Shown: positions 35,471 to 44,584 of the stretch, piece after piece
Layout of the letters: each line of letters opens with the position of its first letter
Numbering within the stretch: the first letter of the stretch is position 1
NCBI GenBank assembly: GCA_965224485.1
Contig: CBDCZH010000015.1
Location: 96,001 to 160,000, forward strand
Reading direction: 5' to 3'
Length of the DNA stretch: 64,000 bases
Source: Arcobacteraceae bacterium
GTDB lineage: Bacteria > Campylobacterota > Campylobacteria > Campylobacterales > Arcobacteraceae
Made by a program: the position numbers and the translations under genes
The notes under the pieces: model-generated
Database searches by the model: none
What the model was told of the DNA's origin: nothing
Seen by the model: only the letters and a program-made list of their open reading frames with translations

Positions 35471-37471
35471 TTATAAAGATTCTAAAAAGTCATCAAAACC
35501 TATAAGTTTAAAATCTATTAAAGAATCAAGATAAGGTTTATTAAAATACTCTTTAGCAGAGTGTAGTTTTAAATCTTGAATAAGTTGAACACCTGATAAA
35601 AAATCAGCTCCACTATCATTTAAAATAGCTTTTATAAGTGAGATTTGAACAGAAGCTTCATTGTATCTTTTGTCTTCAAGCAGGCCTGCTACTATTAAAT
35701 ACATAGTATATTTATCCTCAAGATTATACTTTTCTTGTAAAAACTCTAATATGCTAACAGCAGCTTTTGGGTTATTGTTATGTAAGTCTCTTAAAGCTTT
35801 TGTTCTTAAGTAAGAAGGGCTATGATAACCTACTATATTTAAATCTGCTTTGTAAAATAAACCCAAAGATTTTAAAATATCAATATAATATTGTGTTATA
35901 AGTAAAGGGCCATCTAAAAAGTTATTATTAATTTTTAAAGGAATGGTATCTTGCAATCTTGAGAAATATGAATAATCACTTTCATTCTCTTTTCTCATGC
36001 TTAATTTAATCAAATATATAAAAGGGTCTTTATAATATTCTTTTAATAAAGGTTCATCAAAAGAAGCTGTTCCTTCTTGAAACTTATCTAAAAAAAGAAG
36101 ACTTTTATAAAAAATAGCTTTTTTATATTTACCTGGTTTATCTAAAAACTTAAACTTTGGGTTTATAAACATAGAATAAAGCTTATGCCCAAAATATTTA
36201 TATAAACCATTATTTGATTTTATATTATTTTGAATATAATCCTTATCTTTTAATTTTTTAGAAATCTTTTTAGCAGATAAAAGAGTCATTACTGAAAACA
36301 GTTTATTTCCTGGATTTAACTTATATGCTTTTGTAAAATATTTATAAGCACTATGAAAATCATAAATATGTGCATAAGCTAAACCAAGATTATAATATAT
36401 ATAAGATTTAGTATCAGTTTTTATTAATTTTTCTAACTCTTTAACTCTAATTATTGGGTCTTTTTTTATTAAGTTTAATAAATTAGCATTATACTCAAGC
36501 ATAACATCAAGTTGTTCAATGTTTTCATTAGAATTAAAAATAAAACCTTTTGATAAATCATAAATCAATTCTTGTGAATCTGAGAAAATAAATGGAGCAA
36601 AATAAAAGATATAATCCATTTCTCTATCTTTATCAAATTTTACTACAAAGTCTAGATATTGCTTTGGAGTATATTTATATTTATTAAAAAAGATTTTTAG
36701 AGGTAAGTCTTTATTTGATGAAAAATAAGAAATTCTAGGACTTAATTCATCTATATGTTCAATTAATTTGCCTATTTCATTTGATTTTAGATCTCTAAAA
36801 ATCATAAACCATATAATATTATTTACTTTTTTGGGATTAAAGGTATTATCTCTTGCATTTTGCAAGAAACGTTCTGCTTTATTATAATCTTTTAGTTTAA
36901 TATATAAAAGTGCTTTTTTCAAAGGTTTTGAAAAATCCATTGATTCCAAAACTTTTAAGGCTTGTTTATAATTTTTTAGAACAATATATGTATCTGCTAT
37001 CATTCTTTTAGAGTGTTCACTTAGTTTTTTTTCTTTTTTTGCAATATTAATGATTTGTTCTAAGTAATTTTTATCTTTACTTAATTGGTATAAATAAAAA
37101 CATGCACTCATAAAAGAGTAAGTATTAGAATATCTTGCTTCATCATGCTGATAAATTCGCTGAAAGTATATTTTTGCATTATAAATAGATTTCATTTGAT
37201 AGTATGCAATTGCTATATTTAAGAAAGAAGGTATTTTCATAACACTTGCAGTACTTTTAAATATAGTTATTGCTTCTTGATATTTCTTTTTCTCTAAGAG
37301 TAAAACAGCTTTATTAAAAGCAACTTGCACTGTAAGATTTTGATAAGATTTATTTAGTTTATTATACTTAAATAATATTTCTGGTTGAGATTCAATTAAA
37401 TCTTTAGCCTGCAAAGTAGGTAAATAAATTATCCATAATATTAGTATAAACTTTATATTAAAACTTTTCAA
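35471..37471 (-). CDS. pflB: TPR protein, PflB-like motor scaffold
   Basis: TPRs; IFYFAPF and YYNLGLAYA...AYKYF..AYKLNP.N segments resemble C. jejuni PflB as recalled; N-terminus looks like a signal peptide. Confidence 0.7.
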   Translation of the reverse strand: MKSFNIKFILILWIIYLPTLQAKDLIESQPEILFKYNKLNKSYQNLTVQVAFNKAVLLLEKKKYQEAITIFKSTASVMKIPSFLNIAIAYYQMKSIYNAKIYFQRIYQHDEARYSNTYSFMSACFYLYQLSKDKNYLEQIINIAKKEKKLSEHSKRMIADTYIVLKNYKQALKVLESMDFSKPLKKALLYIKLKDYNKAERFLQNARDNTFNPKKVNNIIWFMIFRDLKSNEIGKLIEHIDELSPRISYFSSNKDLPLKIFFNKYKYTPKQYLDFVVKFDKDREMDYIFYFAPFIFSDSQELIYDLSKGFIFNSNENIEQLDVMLEYNANLLNLIKKDPIIRVKELEKLIKTDTKSYIYYNLGLAYAHIYDFHSAYKYFTKAYKLNPGNKLFSVMTLLSAKKISKKLKDKDYIQNNIKSNNGLYKYFGHKLYSMFINPKFKFLDKPGKYKKAIFYKSLLFLDKFQEGTASFDEPLLKEYYKDPFIYLIKLSMRKENESDYSYFSRLQDTIPLKINNNFLDGPLLITQYYIDILKSLGLFYKADLNIVGYHSPSYLRTKALRDLHNNNPKAAVSILEFLQEKYNLEDKYTMYLIVAGLLEDKRYNEASVQISLIKAILNDSGADFLSGVQLIQDLKLHSAKEYFNKPYLDSLIDFKLIGFDDFLESL

Positions 37472-37483
37472 AATAATTCCTAT

Positions 37484-37813
37484 TTAAACCATTGTATTAA
37501 CTTGAGCATATAAATCTTCAGTTCTTCTTTCTAAAACATCAACCTTATGTTTAAATGATATATTCTCACTTTTTGTTTCTTGTAAATCACTTCTTGCTTT
37601 ATTCAAAGCTTTTTGAACTTTTTCTATAGCACCACTATGAGATTCAACTTGTTTTTGATAATCATTTAACAAAGTTTGATATTTTGAATGATCAGCTTCT
37701 AAAATATTTTTTTCTTCATTTACTTTTTGGTATAAAGATTTATAAACACTCATTGTTGAAAAAAAGTATATAAGTAAAATAGCCAAAACGCTTATTAGTA
37801 AAATATTTTCCAA
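37484..37813 (-). CDS. Membrane-anchored coiled-coil hypothetical protein
   Basis: N-terminal TM followed by a continuous heptad-rich helix; AAGGA RBS, TTG start. Confidence 0.75.
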   Translation of the reverse strand: MENILLISVLAILLIYFFSTMSVYKSLYQKVNEEKNILEADHSKYQTLLNDYQKQVESHSGAIEKVQKALNKARSDLQETKSENISFKHKVDVLERRTEDLYAQVNTMV

Positions 37814-37831
37814 AAACTTCCTTTTGTAAAT

Positions 37832-37860
37832 ATAATAAAAGAAAAAAATTCTTTTATTAT
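37832..37860 (-). terminator. Hairpin after flgE
   Basis: ATAATAAAAGAA / TTCTTTTATTAT 12-bp arms; AT-rich and weak. Confidence 0.45.
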
Positions 37861-40202
37861 TATCTTTTTAAACCAATTAAGGTAGTTAAAAGCTGATCAG
37901 CTGTTGTAATTGATTTAGCATTTGCTTCAAAAGCTCTTTGAAAAACCATTAAATTTACTAAGCTTTCAGATAAATCAGCTGTTGAAAGTTCTAAAGATTT
38001 ACCTACTATTTTAGCTGTTTTATCATTATTTATATTATAAATAGGATCACCTGAATTATTTGTTTTTGCAAATAAATTATCACCTACTGGATCTAATCCT
38101 CGTTGATTATTAAATAAAGCAATTGCAACTTGACCAACAGCAATTTCAGCCCCATCTTGTTTCATAGTAATTAAACCAGTAGCATCAACTCTAAACTTAC
38201 CAAAAGGAGAATTAGAAATACCTAGAGTATCAAGTCTTAATTGTAAAGAACCTTTTGATGACGTTTGATCAATAGTATTAATAATTTCAATAAACTCAGC
38301 CCCAGCTCCTTCTCGACCAGAGAAATCAGCATTTTTATCTAAAACTGTATCAGGTGTGATTTCAACAAGTTTAAAGTTTGTTATTGCTTTATTAGTATCA
38401 TTAGCTGTAATAGTAATATTATTACCAGCCGCTGTAGCTGTAGTAATATCACCATGACCAGCAATTGCTGTTGCAATAGTTCCTGGAGTAGCTGCAGCAT
38501 TTATTGCAATATCTATAGTTTTAGAAACTCCATCATAGTCAAAAGTTACTTGATAAGCTTTAGTTGTTGAAATAGGAGCATTAATCGTAAAAGTTCCTAC
38601 TTCTGCATCAGTACCTGATGCTGGTACTGAAGCACTATAAGGACTAGCTATAAAATCACTTTTATCAGAACCTTTTAGTGTTCCAGAAAACTCAACATCT
38701 GAGTTTTTATCTAAAGTTTTAATTACAAGATTATTATTAATATTCTCAGCTCTAACATAACTAGAAAGTGGAGCACTATTAATAGCTGTTACAAAATCAT
38801 CTATATTAGTAGGATTTGTAATACTTAATGCTACTGTAGGAACAGTTATATTTTTTCCTAAATCTTTATCATAAATAGTTAACTGATATGTAAAATCTTC
38901 TATTCCATCCATTGCTGATAATTCAGAAGTTGCTGAATAAACATCTCTTTGTTTACCAACAATTGCTTCCATTAAAGCTTCACGAGAAGACTCTAAAGCA
39001 CCAATACCTTGACCAGTTGAGGAAGCTGTTGCACTAACTGATTCATTATATGAACCATAAATTGTATTACTTCCTGCTAACTCAGCTACTTCAGTTATAG
39101 TAAAAGCTTTTCCTGGAATTAAAGACTTTATTTCAATCATACCTTTTAACATCTCTTTAGCATCAGCTAAAGAAGTAGCATTTGAAGTACCATCAATTTT
39201 AGCAATTGCTCTAAAAGTATCACTTCCTTCAAAAATACCATTTCCACTTGTTCCATCTGTTACTAGTTTGGCTTCAAAACCAGCAATATTAGAAATTTTA
39301 TTAGCTAAAGCTTTATATGTTGCTATTCTACTTGCTGCTAAATTCTGATCAGCTTGATCAACTGTTCCAGAAGAATCTAAATCATCAGTGGTTAGCTGAT
39401 GTGTTGTAACTTCAGATATAAATTTTTGACCAACTCTATCTCCATTAATAAAAACATATATTTGATCACCCTCTTTTTTAAAATCAGTTCCGGCAAAACT
39501 AATTTGACTAGCTTGAGCAATAGATGTAGCAGATGGACCATCTGGTGTTTCTTGAATTTTTGTAACCCAAGCAGTATAATCTTTAATTAACTCTTCTACA
39601 TCTTTAACTTTTACAGATTTTGACTTATATCCAGCACCATCAAAAACAGTTGAAGAATCAGATTTTGCAGTTTGCGAATAATCAGTTGCTTTTGCAGTAT
39701 ACGTTTCAATATACTTAGAATGACTAACTATTTTTGTAGTAATTAATTGATTATAATCATTTGTAAAAACTGAAACATTTGGATTTGTACTTTTTACATC
39801 AACTTTCTTATCAAGTGGGGACATAGCCCAACCTTGAACTTCATTTCCAGCTGAATCTTGTAAGGTACCATTATCTCCCATTCTAAAGTTTCCAGCTCTA
39901 GTATAAAAAGTTTCAACAGTCCCATTTGCACTTTTATTAGCAACAGGGAAAAAACCATCACCATTAAGTGCCATATCATGAGCAACACCTGTTAATTTAA
40001 GACCACCTTGCTTAAATAATTTTTCAGCGTCTAATATTTTAGCACCCTTACCTATCTTGTCTTGATACATTTGATCAGCAAAAGATATTCTTGATGCTTT
40101 ATAACCTATAGTATTTACATTTGCAATATTATGCGCTTCGTTATCTAATGCAGTTTGTTCTGCTGCAAGTCCTGAAATTCCTGTCCATAATGCTCCGATC
40201 AT
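37860..40202 (-). CDS. flgE: Flagellar hook protein FlgE (long, 780 aa)
   Basis: GISGL...NIANVNT.GYK, YTRAGNF, LELSTADLSESLVNLMVFQRAFEANAKSITTADQ; large central insertion. Confidence 0.92.
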   Translation of the reverse strand: MIGALWTGISGLAAEQTALDNEAHNIANVNTIGYKASRISFADQMYQDKIGKGAKILDAEKLFKQGGLKLTGVAHDMALNGDGFFPVANKSANGTVETFYTRAGNFRMGDNGTLQDSAGNEVQGWAMSPLDKKVDVKSTNPNVSVFTNDYNQLITTKIVSHSKYIETYTAKATDYSQTAKSDSSTVFDGAGYKSKSVKVKDVEELIKDYTAWVTKIQETPDGPSATSIAQASQISFAGTDFKKEGDQIYVFINGDRVGQKFISEVTTHQLTTDDLDSSGTVDQADQNLAASRIATYKALANKISNIAGFEAKLVTDGTSGNGIFEGSDTFRAIAKIDGTSNATSLADAKEMLKGMIEIKSLIPGKAFTITEVAELAGSNTIYGSYNESVSATASSTGQGIGALESSREALMEAIVGKQRDVYSATSELSAMDGIEDFTYQLTIYDKDLGKNITVPTVALSITNPTNIDDFVTAINSAPLSSYVRAENINNNLVIKTLDKNSDVEFSGTLKGSDKSDFIASPYSASVPASGTDAEVGTFTINAPISTTKAYQVTFDYDGVSKTIDIAINAAATPGTIATAIAGHGDITTATAAGNNITITANDTNKAITNFKLVEITPDTVLDKNADFSGREGAGAEFIEIINTIDQTSSKGSLQLRLDTLGISNSPFGKFRVDATGLITMKQDGAEIAVGQVAIALFNNQRGLDPVGDNLFAKTNNSGDPIYNINNDKTAKIVGKSLELSTADLSESLVNLMVFQRAFEANAKSITTADQLLTTLIGLKR

Positions 40203-40230
40203 GATTTATCCTTTTAGATAAAATTAAGCT

Positions 40231-40277
40231 AATGCTTAAGTTTTTATACTTCTTTAAAGTATAAAAACTTAAACATT
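40231..40277 (-). other. Long hairpin between the two flgE genes
   Basis: 16-bp perfect arms, extendable to 21 bp with one G-U pair on the minus-strand RNA; 5-nt loop. Confidence 0.65.
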
Positions 40278-40279
40278 AA

Positions 40280-40338
40280 AACTTAAATTTTTTAATTTTT
40301 AGTTTTTAATTCTTAATACTTTTATTACTAATTTCTAA
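40280..40338 (-). repeat. Degenerate heptamer repeats after the flgE2 stop
   Basis: Minus strand reads AATTAGA AATTAGT AATAAAA GTATTAA GAATTAA AAACTAA AAATTAA. Confidence 0.45.
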
Positions 40339-41799
40339 TTATTTTTTAAGTTTTATAGCAATATTTAAAAACTCATCTGCTGTTGTAATAGACTTCGCAC
40401 TTGCTTCAAATCCTCTTTGAAAAACCATCAAATTAGTTAACTCTTTTCCTAGGTTTGAATTTGATAATTCTAAAGCAGAACCTCTTATTGTATTTAAATC
40501 ACCTGCATAAATAGCCTCTCCGGTATCAGGTGTTTTTGAATAAACATTATTACCCTCAGCTCTGAGTGCATCAAGATTTGTAAAAGTTGCCGTTGTTAGT
40601 TTTCCTATTACAAACTTATTCTTTCCTATTTTTGAAAAAATAATTCCATCTTCTATTTCAACTTTTCCAAAACTTTTTTCAGATAACCCAAGATTGTCTA
40701 GTTTTAACTGAATATTTCCAACATTTAAAGCTTTTTCAGCAGCTAGTGAAACAGAAGTATTCATTTCTAGGAACTCACCATTAGCTAGTTCTATTAAAGC
40801 TTTTAAAGAGTCACGTGAACTTTCCACCATTGCTAAACCTGAACCTTGAACTGCTTGTGTTGTAGTTGAAGTATTAATACTTACTTGCGCACTTACACTT
40901 GCGTTTGTAATACTTGTTGATTTTCCAGGAACAAGGGAGGTAATACTAAGAACACCTTGAGCATCTACACTTGCAACAAATCCTTGTTTAGCAGAAATTC
41001 TATCTGCAAATTTTTTCATTGTTGTAAGGCTGTCGCTATCAAAATCTTGTTTGATGTGAGTATTTCCTATTGTAATTTCAACAAAATCACTAGCATCATT
41101 TAAAGAACTTAAAGAACTTGAAAAGTCGGAAGAACTTATTTGTGAAACAGAAGCAAGGGAAGCTGCATCTGAAGCACTTGCATATAAGGATAATTTATTT
41201 CGATAATCAACTTTCAAAGCTTCAATATCTGATATTAAAGAGTGGGCAGTTCTTGCATTACTACCAGAACTTCCTGTAGAACTTGCACTTTTTTCATAAT
41301 CACTTGATTTAGCGTTAAAAGATTCCAATAATGTATTTGAGCTTAAAACTTGAGAAGCAATAAAAACACTATGTTTATCTTCAAACATTGCAGTTGCTGG
41401 ATTTGAAGAAGAAGATAAAGAGACATTAGTAATAGCTCCTTGAACAAAAGAACCATCACTTGTTCTTAATGTTCCATCAACTCCCATAGAAAAATTACCA
41501 GCTCTTGTATACTGAGTTCTACTTGAATCAGGTTCTTTAACCATGAAAAAACCTTTTCCATCAATAGCAGCATCAAAAAATACACCAGTATTTTTAATAC
41601 CACCTTGAGTAAAGTCTTTTGAAACTGTTTGTCTAGAAACTCCCTTACCAATAGAATCTTGGTACATTAAACTCTCAAAACTAATTCTATCTGACTTATG
41701 TCCTACTGTATTTACATTTGCAACATTAGTAGACTCAACATTTATAGCTTTTGAATGAGTCTCAACCCCAGAAAGTCCGTTCCATAATGCACTAATCAT
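40339..41799 (-). CDS. flgE: Second flagellar hook protein FlgE paralogue (486 aa, Ser-rich)
   Basis: NVANVNT.G, YTRAGNF, LELSN..L..ELTNLMVFQRGFEA.AKSITTADE; follows flgD. Confidence 0.88.
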   Translation of the reverse strand: MISALWNGLSGVETHSKAINVESTNVANVNTVGHKSDRISFESLMYQDSIGKGVSRQTVSKDFTQGGIKNTGVFFDAAIDGKGFFMVKEPDSSRTQYTRAGNFSMGVDGTLRTSDGSFVQGAITNVSLSSSSNPATAMFEDKHSVFIASQVLSSNTLLESFNAKSSDYEKSASSTGSSGSNARTAHSLISDIEALKVDYRNKLSLYASASDAASLASVSQISSSDFSSSLSSLNDASDFVEITIGNTHIKQDFDSDSLTTMKKFADRISAKQGFVASVDAQGVLSITSLVPGKSTSITNASVSAQVSINTSTTTQAVQGSGLAMVESSRDSLKALIELANGEFLEMNTSVSLAAEKALNVGNIQLKLDNLGLSEKSFGKVEIEDGIIFSKIGKNKFVIGKLTTATFTNLDALRAEGNNVYSKTPDTGEAIYAGDLNTIRGSALELSNSNLGKELTNLMVFQRGFEASAKSITTADEFLNIAIKLKK

Positions 41800-41808
41800 C
41801 TATTATTC

Positions 41809-42477
41809 CTAAAATATTTTCGTAATGCTATTAAAAGGTAGGGTAGTTAAAAGATTTGAATAAACACTTGTAACTTCTCCATTTAATTTATATGCATGAT
41901 CAGTAATTTCATTATTATCTTTATCCATAATAACAGGTTTTCCATCTTTTAATAAAGGTTTTCCAACACTTTCTAAGGCTACTTTTTTTCCAGTTTTTTC
42001 ACCCTTAGAATCAAGAATTTCTCCAATTGCATTATAAGATATAACTTTTGAATCACCATCGACAATCTGTCTTTCTAAGTATAATAACTCTTGTGCAGTA
42101 ACTTCAACAACACCATTATTACTTTCAACTGATCTTACTTTATACGCAGTATTAACACCAGCTTGATTAATATTACCATCTTCTATATTTTTTCCAATAA
42201 TATTAGAAGCATTAGATAAAGCACTTTGAGCAAAAGAATTTTGTAAAGAATCCATAGCTTTTATTGTTGCAAGATTTGTTTCAATTCCTGTCATTTGCAT
42301 TTGAGTACTTAACATTTTTGATGAGTCCATAGGTTTAGTTGGATCTTGAAGTTTTAACTCTTCAATCATTAGTTTTAGAAAATCATTTGTTGTTAATTTA
42401 TCATTTGAGATAGCTTTTGTATAGGTATTACCATTTACATCAGTTCCTGTATTAACTTTTACATTTTCATATGCCAT
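41809..42477 (-). CDS. flgD: Hook capping protein FlgD
   Basis: DFLKLMIEELKLQDPTKPMD; A...IGK. Confidence 0.93.
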   Translation of the reverse strand: MAYENVKVNTGTDVNGNTYTKAISNDKLTTNDFLKLMIEELKLQDPTKPMDSSKMLSTQMQMTGIETNLATIKAMDSLQNSFAQSALSNASNIIGKNIEDGNINQAGVNTAYKVRSVESNNGVVEVTAQELLYLERQIVDGDSKVISYNAIGEILDSKGEKTGKKVALESVGKPLLKDGKPVIMDKDNNEITDHAYKLNGEVTSVYSNLLTTLPFNSITKIF

Positions 42478-42486
42478 TTTAAACTC

Positions 42487-42771
42487 CTAAGCTTTTTCTT
42501 CAAAAAAATACCGAACAACATTATCACAATCCATAGAATCTTGAACTCTAACTGCTAGTTTTTCATCCATTACTATAATATCACCCGTACCAATAATTCT
42601 AGAGTTTACAAAAATATCTCCACCTGAACCTGCTGTTTTATCAAGTGATAAAATATCACCTTCTCCTAAGTCCAAAAATTCTTTAATAGTAACCATAGAA
42701 TTTCCTAACATAACATCAACAACAATTTCTGTATCAACTAATAAATCGTAATCTCTTTCACTTATTTCCAT
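42487..42771 (-). CDS. fliN: C-ring protein FliN
   Basis: Single SPOA domain (V.LG....I.EFL.L..GDILSLDK.AG...IFVN..IG.GDI). Confidence 0.9.
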   Translation of the reverse strand: MEISERDYDLLVDTEIVVDVMLGNSMVTIKEFLDLGEGDILSLDKTAGSGGDIFVNSRIIGTGDIIVMDEKLAVRVQDSMDCDNVVRYFFEEKA

Positions 42772-42798
42772 AATGTATCTTTTTAATAAATATTTTTA

Positions 42799-42807
42799 AT
42801 TATAACA
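42799..42807 (-). promoter_or_regulatory. Extended -10 sigma70 promoter upstream of fliN-flgD-flgE
   Basis: TGTTATAAT on the minus strand ~28 nt upstream of fliN. Confidence 0.6.
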
Positions 42808-42891
42808 CAGTAAATTATCTTATTTATGTGTGCAATGAAGTATTCTTTGAATAAAGTAGTCTAATTAAACTAGATTTAATAAATGGCTATT

Positions 42892-43560
42892 TTATATAAC
42901 CATATCTAAGGACTCTAAAATACTTGCAACTTTGGATTCAATATTACCATCAAAATTTCCTAAATCACTAGCTATTACAACACCACCAGCTGTAACATTA
43001 CTATCTTCTAAAAGTTCAATAAAAGGCTCAATATCTAACTCACTTTTTAAAATAGCATAATCTTTAGGGTTTAAATGAATCTTGATTTTAGAAGCACTTT
43101 TTATCTTCCCTAAAATATTTGCTATAGTTTCTTTTGCAATACTAGAAGAATTTTCACCAACTTCAATATTAATAATTTTTTTAGCAATTGCCATTGAAGT
43201 TTTTAATAATTTTGTTTCCATTTGGAAACTTGCTTGTTCAAAAAATGTTGCATAATGTTTCAAGTCTTTTATAGCCTCAACTACTTGCTTATCAATTTCT
43301 CTTCCACTCATTCCATTATTTTCTAAAAGAGTCATTTTATCTTGAAGGGAGGAAACCATTACACTTAAGGCTTTTACTTCTGTTAAAACAGGATCAACAT
43401 TACCATTAATAGATTTTTCATTAAGTTTAGACACATCTTGCATACTAGCACTTTGATTAGAATCAACATTATTTAAAAAAGTACCTAATTGGTAATTCTG
43501 AACTGCATCACTATCTGATTTAAGTACTTTTGCATTAGAGTAAACATTATTCTTTGCCAT
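42892..43560 (-). CDS. fliH: Flagellar assembly protein FliH
   Basis: IAKKII..E, IHLNPKD, GGVVI.SD.G..DG; follows fliG. Confidence 0.9.
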   Translation of the reverse strand: MAKNNVYSNAKVLKSDSDAVQNYQLGTFLNNVDSNQSASMQDVSKLNEKSINGNVDPVLTEVKALSVMVSSLQDKMTLLENNGMSGREIDKQVVEAIKDLKHYATFFEQASFQMETKLLKTSMAIAKKIINIEVGENSSSIAKETIANILGKIKSASKIKIHLNPKDYAILKSELDIEPFIELLEDSNVTAGGVVIASDLGNFDGNIESKVASILESLDMVI

Positions 43561-44576
43561 TATTCTTCATCCATTTCTCTATCAATAACACCTTCTTCTA
43601 TCATCTTTTGTGCTATATCAAGCATTTTTCTCTGAGCAGCTTCTATATCTTTGATTTTAACTTTATTTAACATTTCAAACTCTTCTTGGAATCTATCTCT
43701 TGCTCTTTGAGACATTGATGAAGTTACTTTATCTAAAGACTCTTCTGTTGAATTTTTTAAAGCAATTGCAACATCATTCGACTCTACATTTTGTAGTATT
43801 TTCATAATATACTCATTATCAAGCTCTAATAAATCCTCAAATACAAACATATTTTCTTTAATTTTAGTTGCTAGTGAAGTATCAATACCATTAATATTTT
43901 TCAATATATCTTGTGATTTAGGTCCTAATCTATTTAACATATCAGCAACAACTTTAACCCCACCAACATCAACAATTGATGATAATAATGATTCTAATTT
44001 TTTCTCTAATACTGTTGATATGGTTCTAACTACATCAGGAGATACATCTTTAATCGTTGCCATTTGCATAGTAACTTTTACTTTAATATCTTCATCTAAT
44101 TGTTGTAAAACTTCAGCAGCACCAGGAGGATCCATATGAGCTAGAATTACAGCAATAGTTTGAGGAGATTCGTCTTTAATAAAATCACTTAATTGCTTAG
44201 GATTTATAGCATTTAAGTAAGTAAAACTCTGAGAAGCTAACTCCATACGAGAAAGTCTTGCTAATACTTCATCTGCCTCACCTTTTCCTAAAGATTTATA
44301 TAAAATATCTTTAGCATAATCATAACCACCAGTGCTTATGAAACCTTTTGTTCTACAAAGTAAATGAAATTCTTCTAATATAGCTAAAGAAGTGTCTTTA
44401 TCAATAGAATTAATTTGACTAATTGCAGTAGAAATATCTTCTACCATAATTTTAGGTAAAAATTGAAATATTTTTACAGTTGCATTTTCTCCAATTAAAA
44501 CAAAGAAAGTAGCAACACGTTCTACCATTGACATACCTTTTAATAATTCTTTGTTTTTATCATGATCATCTGACAT
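43560..44576 (-). CDS. fliG: Motor switch protein FliG
   Basis: GG.DYA, ESPQTIAVIL, GG...A, MFVFEDL, MSQRA torque helix. Confidence 0.97.
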   Translation of the reverse strand: MSDDHDKNKELLKGMSMVERVATFFVLIGENATVKIFQFLPKIMVEDISTAISQINSIDKDTSLAILEEFHLLCRTKGFISTGGYDYAKDILYKSLGKGEADEVLARLSRMELASQSFTYLNAINPKQLSDFIKDESPQTIAVILAHMDPPGAAEVLQQLDEDIKVKVTMQMATIKDVSPDVVRTISTVLEKKLESLLSSIVDVGGVKVVADMLNRLGPKSQDILKNINGIDTSLATKIKENMFVFEDLLELDNEYIMKILQNVESNDVAIALKNSTEESLDKVTSSMSQRARDRFQEEFEMLNKVKIKDIEAAQRKMLDIAQKMIEEGVIDREMDEE

Positions 44577-44584
44577 TTTTCACC

